Assembly (NCBI RefSeq): GCF_009914755.1
Contig: NC_060925.1
Length of the DNA stretch: 64,000 nt
Origin: the human T2T-CHM13v2.0 reference genome, Homo sapiens
Reading direction: 5' to 3' (one strand)
A program made the position numbers and the translations under genes. Shown piece by piece: positions 59,661-64,000 of this stretch (the stretch's first letter is position 1; each line of letters begins with the position of its first letter). Under the pieces are notes generated by a model that saw only the letters and a list, made by a program, of their open reading frames with translations, was not told where the DNA came from and searched no databases.

Positions 59661-62145
59661 TCAATGTAACTTTCTTATAAATGCAAACATTATTATCAAT
59701 AATTTCTGCTGCTTCGATTTTGTTGTTTCTTTAACTTCCAGTTACTTTTAATAAGGATCTATCACAAAGAAAAACTTTTCTTTTACATCGTGTAATTTAG
59801 TCAGCTTTTCTGTAACACATAGTATACATTTATTTATCTATACACAAAAGCCACACTAATCTGATTACACAGATTTTATAAACACATGCAAAATCATGGA
59901 AAAATCGATGGCTTACACTTTAAAAGTTTTAAGGAGAATATATCTCTATTGTTTTAAATACAGGATCACGAAATCAAGGAACACTGTTTAAAACAGCCAT
60001 TTATTTCACTATATTTATAGACTGATCTCATGCATTCTCATATAAAGTAGTGTTTTTTAAAAGAAAACCTATCAAGAAATATAACCCAGGATTCACTGTT
60101 TGATGAATCTGAAATGTGTACTTCCAATTGAGAGATACAATTGCAAACAACAGCCTGCACAAACCAAACAGAGAAAAACTGACTGAGGGGGGACAATAGA
60201 ATTGAGTGTACCTTTCAAAACTAGAGCTGTAATCCAGTTTGTAAGAAAATAAAGAATGGAAGTATTGGCCTAAACTCCACTGAATCACAGAAGCCTAACA
60301 CAATACAAAACAAGTGACATCCTTTTCTCAAAGAGGCGCAAGGCTCATTGAGTCTGGCGATTCAATTACCCTCTCAACCTGGAAAGAACACCCCTCCTGC
60401 GTTGAGGTCCACTGGCAAAGCAATGTGGGACAGCCTACATTGTACACAGCTGGTAAATATCTAAAAAGCTGCAGGCTTTAAAGAACAACAGTCTTTGACC
60501 TTTTATGATTGCTACAGTGATCCTTCAACAAAAAATTAGGAGAGTTTTTTTTTTTTTTGAGGTTTGACAACATATTATCTTCTCAATTAATCATCTTCAA
60601 ATCTCTCATATTCATATAAAAATCTTTTAAATAGATATCTAAGCACAACGTTCCATTAGGTAAAGAATATGAACAAATTAATGAAACAGAAAGTGGATTT
60701 CCAAAAATAGAGATGACTGTGATCTTGCTTAGACATTTTGTAAACCTAAGAATCCTTTTTGTCTTTTTTTCTATACATTTGTGTAGACCTTGAATAAATG
60801 AAGTGTGTACTCATAAAATAACTACTGATTCTGAAATATCTATGAAAAAATTGGGGTAGCATGGATCTTGTAAGATAGTCCGTCATAATTCTCATATTTC
60901 CTCATGCTTGATATGAAGAGTGTTAACTTAGATATATTTTTAGCGAAAATACTTTAGACTTCAATCTTTGGATTCTCCTTTTCTGATGAGATCTTTATTA
61001 AAAAATGTGATTTTATAAATAGCAGTTTACTTCAAAAACAGCAATCACTTCTATAGTATTTACCATATTGAATGAATAGGGAAACTAATAATTCCACATA
61101 AAAAATTGTTGAGTAATCACTATATTAGACATTTTCACATAAAAATATTATTCAGTTTATACTACAACTCTGTAAGATAGATGCTACCTTTCCTTCATAA
61201 GTGAAAGTAAGGAGGTAATTACCCCCAGTTTCACAATAAGCGGTTTATCTAAAAATTCAAACCAGACTTCAAATCCTAATAAATCTGACAATGCAGATTT
61301 AAATCTGACCATGCAGGAATAATTTTTAAATTCTTTCAAGACCCTAAATTTATATAAAAGTATTTATCATTTTTCTCCTAAATTATCTAAGTACTTGAAA
61401 TATTAAGAAATAAACTTTATACGTAAAAAGGCACCTGGTTGTTGAAGAACGAGGAGTTAAGGTATCTTTACAGCATTTTAGAAAATTAGTGTTAAACCTT
61501 GTGAAAGGATTCTCTGTATCTTTATGGGAGACATTGTTCAGCCTTTGCTCATCCTTAAAGGATTAGACACTTGGGCGAGCTCTCAATGCTCTCTTCACAA
61601 AAACAATAGGTACTATCAATTATTCAATCAATCAACCATTCACTTAGTGAATGAAAACTGGGCTTAGACTTACATTGATTTTTAAAAAAAAATAAAGATC
61701 AAAATTCCTTTTGTTCTACTCATGCCCATATAAGCCTTTTCTTCTAATTTTAGTTGTGTATTTTTTTTGCTACAACTCTATGAGTCATTATGAATTATTT
61801 CAAGTCTTAAACATATTAACTGAATTTTAGTTAAAAAAGTCTATTACCTTGATATATCTATGTGCTAGACTTACTATCAAAGCACACTTTCATAGATATT
61901 TCACAAATCATAAATGTGTTTTGATGATCAATGACAGTTCTTGTCTATTAGTATTTAGCAAGCATAAACTAAAATCAATCTTTTCAGTGTCTTGAATTTT
62001 AAAAATCATTCATTTTAACACAAACTAATTTTCAAAACAAAAAACAATGAACCTGGATTTTCATGATAAATCACAACTTGGAAGTGCTTAATTAATAAAT
62101 GTGCCACATTTTTAAATGCCTATAGAAGTCATATTTAATGGTTTA

Positions 62146-62361
<216 letters not shown>

Positions 62362-62872
62362 CTACAAGATAAGTGAGATAATCTATTTTCTACCTTATAC
62401 TCATTCAGAGTCCGTGTCTAGTAAGTATAAATAAAATCGTATCATTTTTAGGTACAAAACATTTTTAAGCAATAAATACAAAGTTTCTGTGTTTCATCTT
62501 TGGCACTCCTCTTGGGATGCATAAATGAGAATCATGCTGGCTAGTAACTGTCCCTCCTCTCAGAGTTCCTTCTTGATTTTAAGAGAATCATACTTATTTA
62601 GGACATACCATTCCCTCACTCTATCAGTTTTGTTTCATCCTTCACTATGCTGACAATACTTGCATGCAGTTTTTTATGATAAGGTTTGTAATTCTTTTAG
62701 ACCAAAATTATTAAACAAATGCAAAGATTAAAGGTAAAGTCTTATTTTACCACTTGAAATATCCTTTCTTCCACTCTTCCTTCCTCCCAGCTTCCCTCTC
62801 TACCTCTCTCTCTCTTTCCAATTGTCTGAAGTCTTTCAGCCTCCATCCCATTCACAGGACAATTGAGTTCTG

Positions 62873-63210
62873 TAACAGATGCCTCAAAGCATAGCCCAGA
62901 TCCATACCCTTCAGGACCAAAGCTTTATTCCCACAGCTGCCTTCCCTCTGCTGCTGAAGAGAATGGGCTCCAACAAGGTCAGCCTCCTTTCCAGTAGCAG
63001 CACACATACAATTCAAGGTCAGTGAGCGGGGTTGGAGGCTCTCTGCCCATTCCCATATTTGGGGAACTAGTCTGCAAGGAGCCATTGAAGCATTTATTGT
63101 GACTATTTGCTCAGTCCCACTTCCTTCACTCTTCTACAGATGTTAACCTGCATATAAACTTCCTGCATATTAATCTCATCTGACTCTCCTCTCCGGGGGA
63201 CTGGCCAGAG
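62873..63210 (+). mobile_element. LTR16-like ERVL LTR
   Basis: Starts tgtaacagatgcc and ends ataaacttcctgcatattaatctc..ctccgggggac. Confidence 0.6.
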
Positions 63211-63375
63211 ATGTATTCAAACTTTGTTGCACCTAAGAACCACCTGGGAAGCTTGATAAATGGCACAGACTTCACAGAGGAGCCCCTACTGAGTCCAAGT
63301 TACTGACCTGGGAATCCGCATTTTGAAAAGGGCCTCTGAAGTGATTCTAGTGTTCATAGTTGGAAGCACATTGTT
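63211..63375. mobile_element. MER5A hAT DNA transposon
   Basis: tcaaactttgttgcacctaagaaccacctgggaagcttg...gggaatccgcattttgaaaag..gtgattct. Confidence 0.75.
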
Positions 63376-63469
63376 AGAACAACATTCTATAATTATTCAT
63401 TCAGGACAACTAAAACCAATGGCCAGACTCATCCTTTATTTGCACATTAACTTATGTGTGTTTTTCTTC

Positions 63470-63920
63470 ATTTATTCATTTATTTAATACATATTTAATA
63501 ATCCTCCATTACATAGCAGACCCTGGGATATGAGAATATAAAAGTGTTGGAAAAAGATCACCATGGTCCTGCCATCATAGAACATGCAGTTTGAATGAAG
63601 TACAGACACAGAAAAAGCCACACACTGGTCAATGTGGTCAATGAGAATCTGGGTGAAATATAGCATGCTAAGGGAGCACAGATGAAAGACAGTAGTCCTG
63701 GAGGGAGGTTGTCAGGACAGGCTTCTTGGGAGGAATAATATTGAAATAGAAGCTTGAAGAACGAGTGGACATTAGGAAAGCAAATGACAGTGGGATTCTG
63801 AGTGCAGGGTCACTCAGGATAATTACCCAAGAATAGAAAGAGTATGCACCAGTGCCTGGAAAGAAAAGAACGTGACAAGGTAGGTGAACTAATGAATTTG
63901 GTCTAGCATAAAGTGAGAGT
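63470..63920. mobile_element. L2 fragment
   Basis: ttcatttattcatttatttaatacatattta...ggtcctgccatcatagaac...ggcttcttgggagga...gcttgaagaacgagtgga. Confidence 0.7.
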
Positions 63921-64000
63921 GGGAGTAGAAAGAAATGAATGTGGAGACAGACAACTAAAGAAAATATACTACTGCCACATGTGTCAGAAAAACAGCATTC

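Overview
AT-rich human (primate) genomic DNA: an internal 64-kb piece of DPYD (dihydropyrimidine dehydrogenase), transcribed on the - strand. Coding exons 4-8 were located by GT-AG boundaries and translation (62245-62332, 43384-43545, 21224-21420, 13590-13671, 968-1055; residues ~78-284, covering the N-terminal [4Fe-4S] domain and the start of the FAD domain). The alternative last exon of the short isoform starts at 42800 (TLILAFSLMNHL*), with an ATTAAA signal at 41655-41660. The rest is intron, dense in interspersed repeats: L1s of many ages (two with 5' inversions), Alus, MIR/L2, MaLR/ERVL LTRs, an ERVL pol fossil, and MER1/MER3/MER5/MER47 DNA transposons. Repeat subfamilies are called by eye and old-element boundaries are approximate. 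I see no wholly new gene or system. The best leads are at the RNA-processing level: an L1-derived candidate poison exon in intron 5, an intronic-polyadenylation isoform that keeps all eight ligands of both N-terminal Fe-S clusters, and a stop-free in-frame exon 6-7 block flanked by inverted L1 3' ends (circRNA candidate). Nearly all other track ORFs are repeat fragments or chance.
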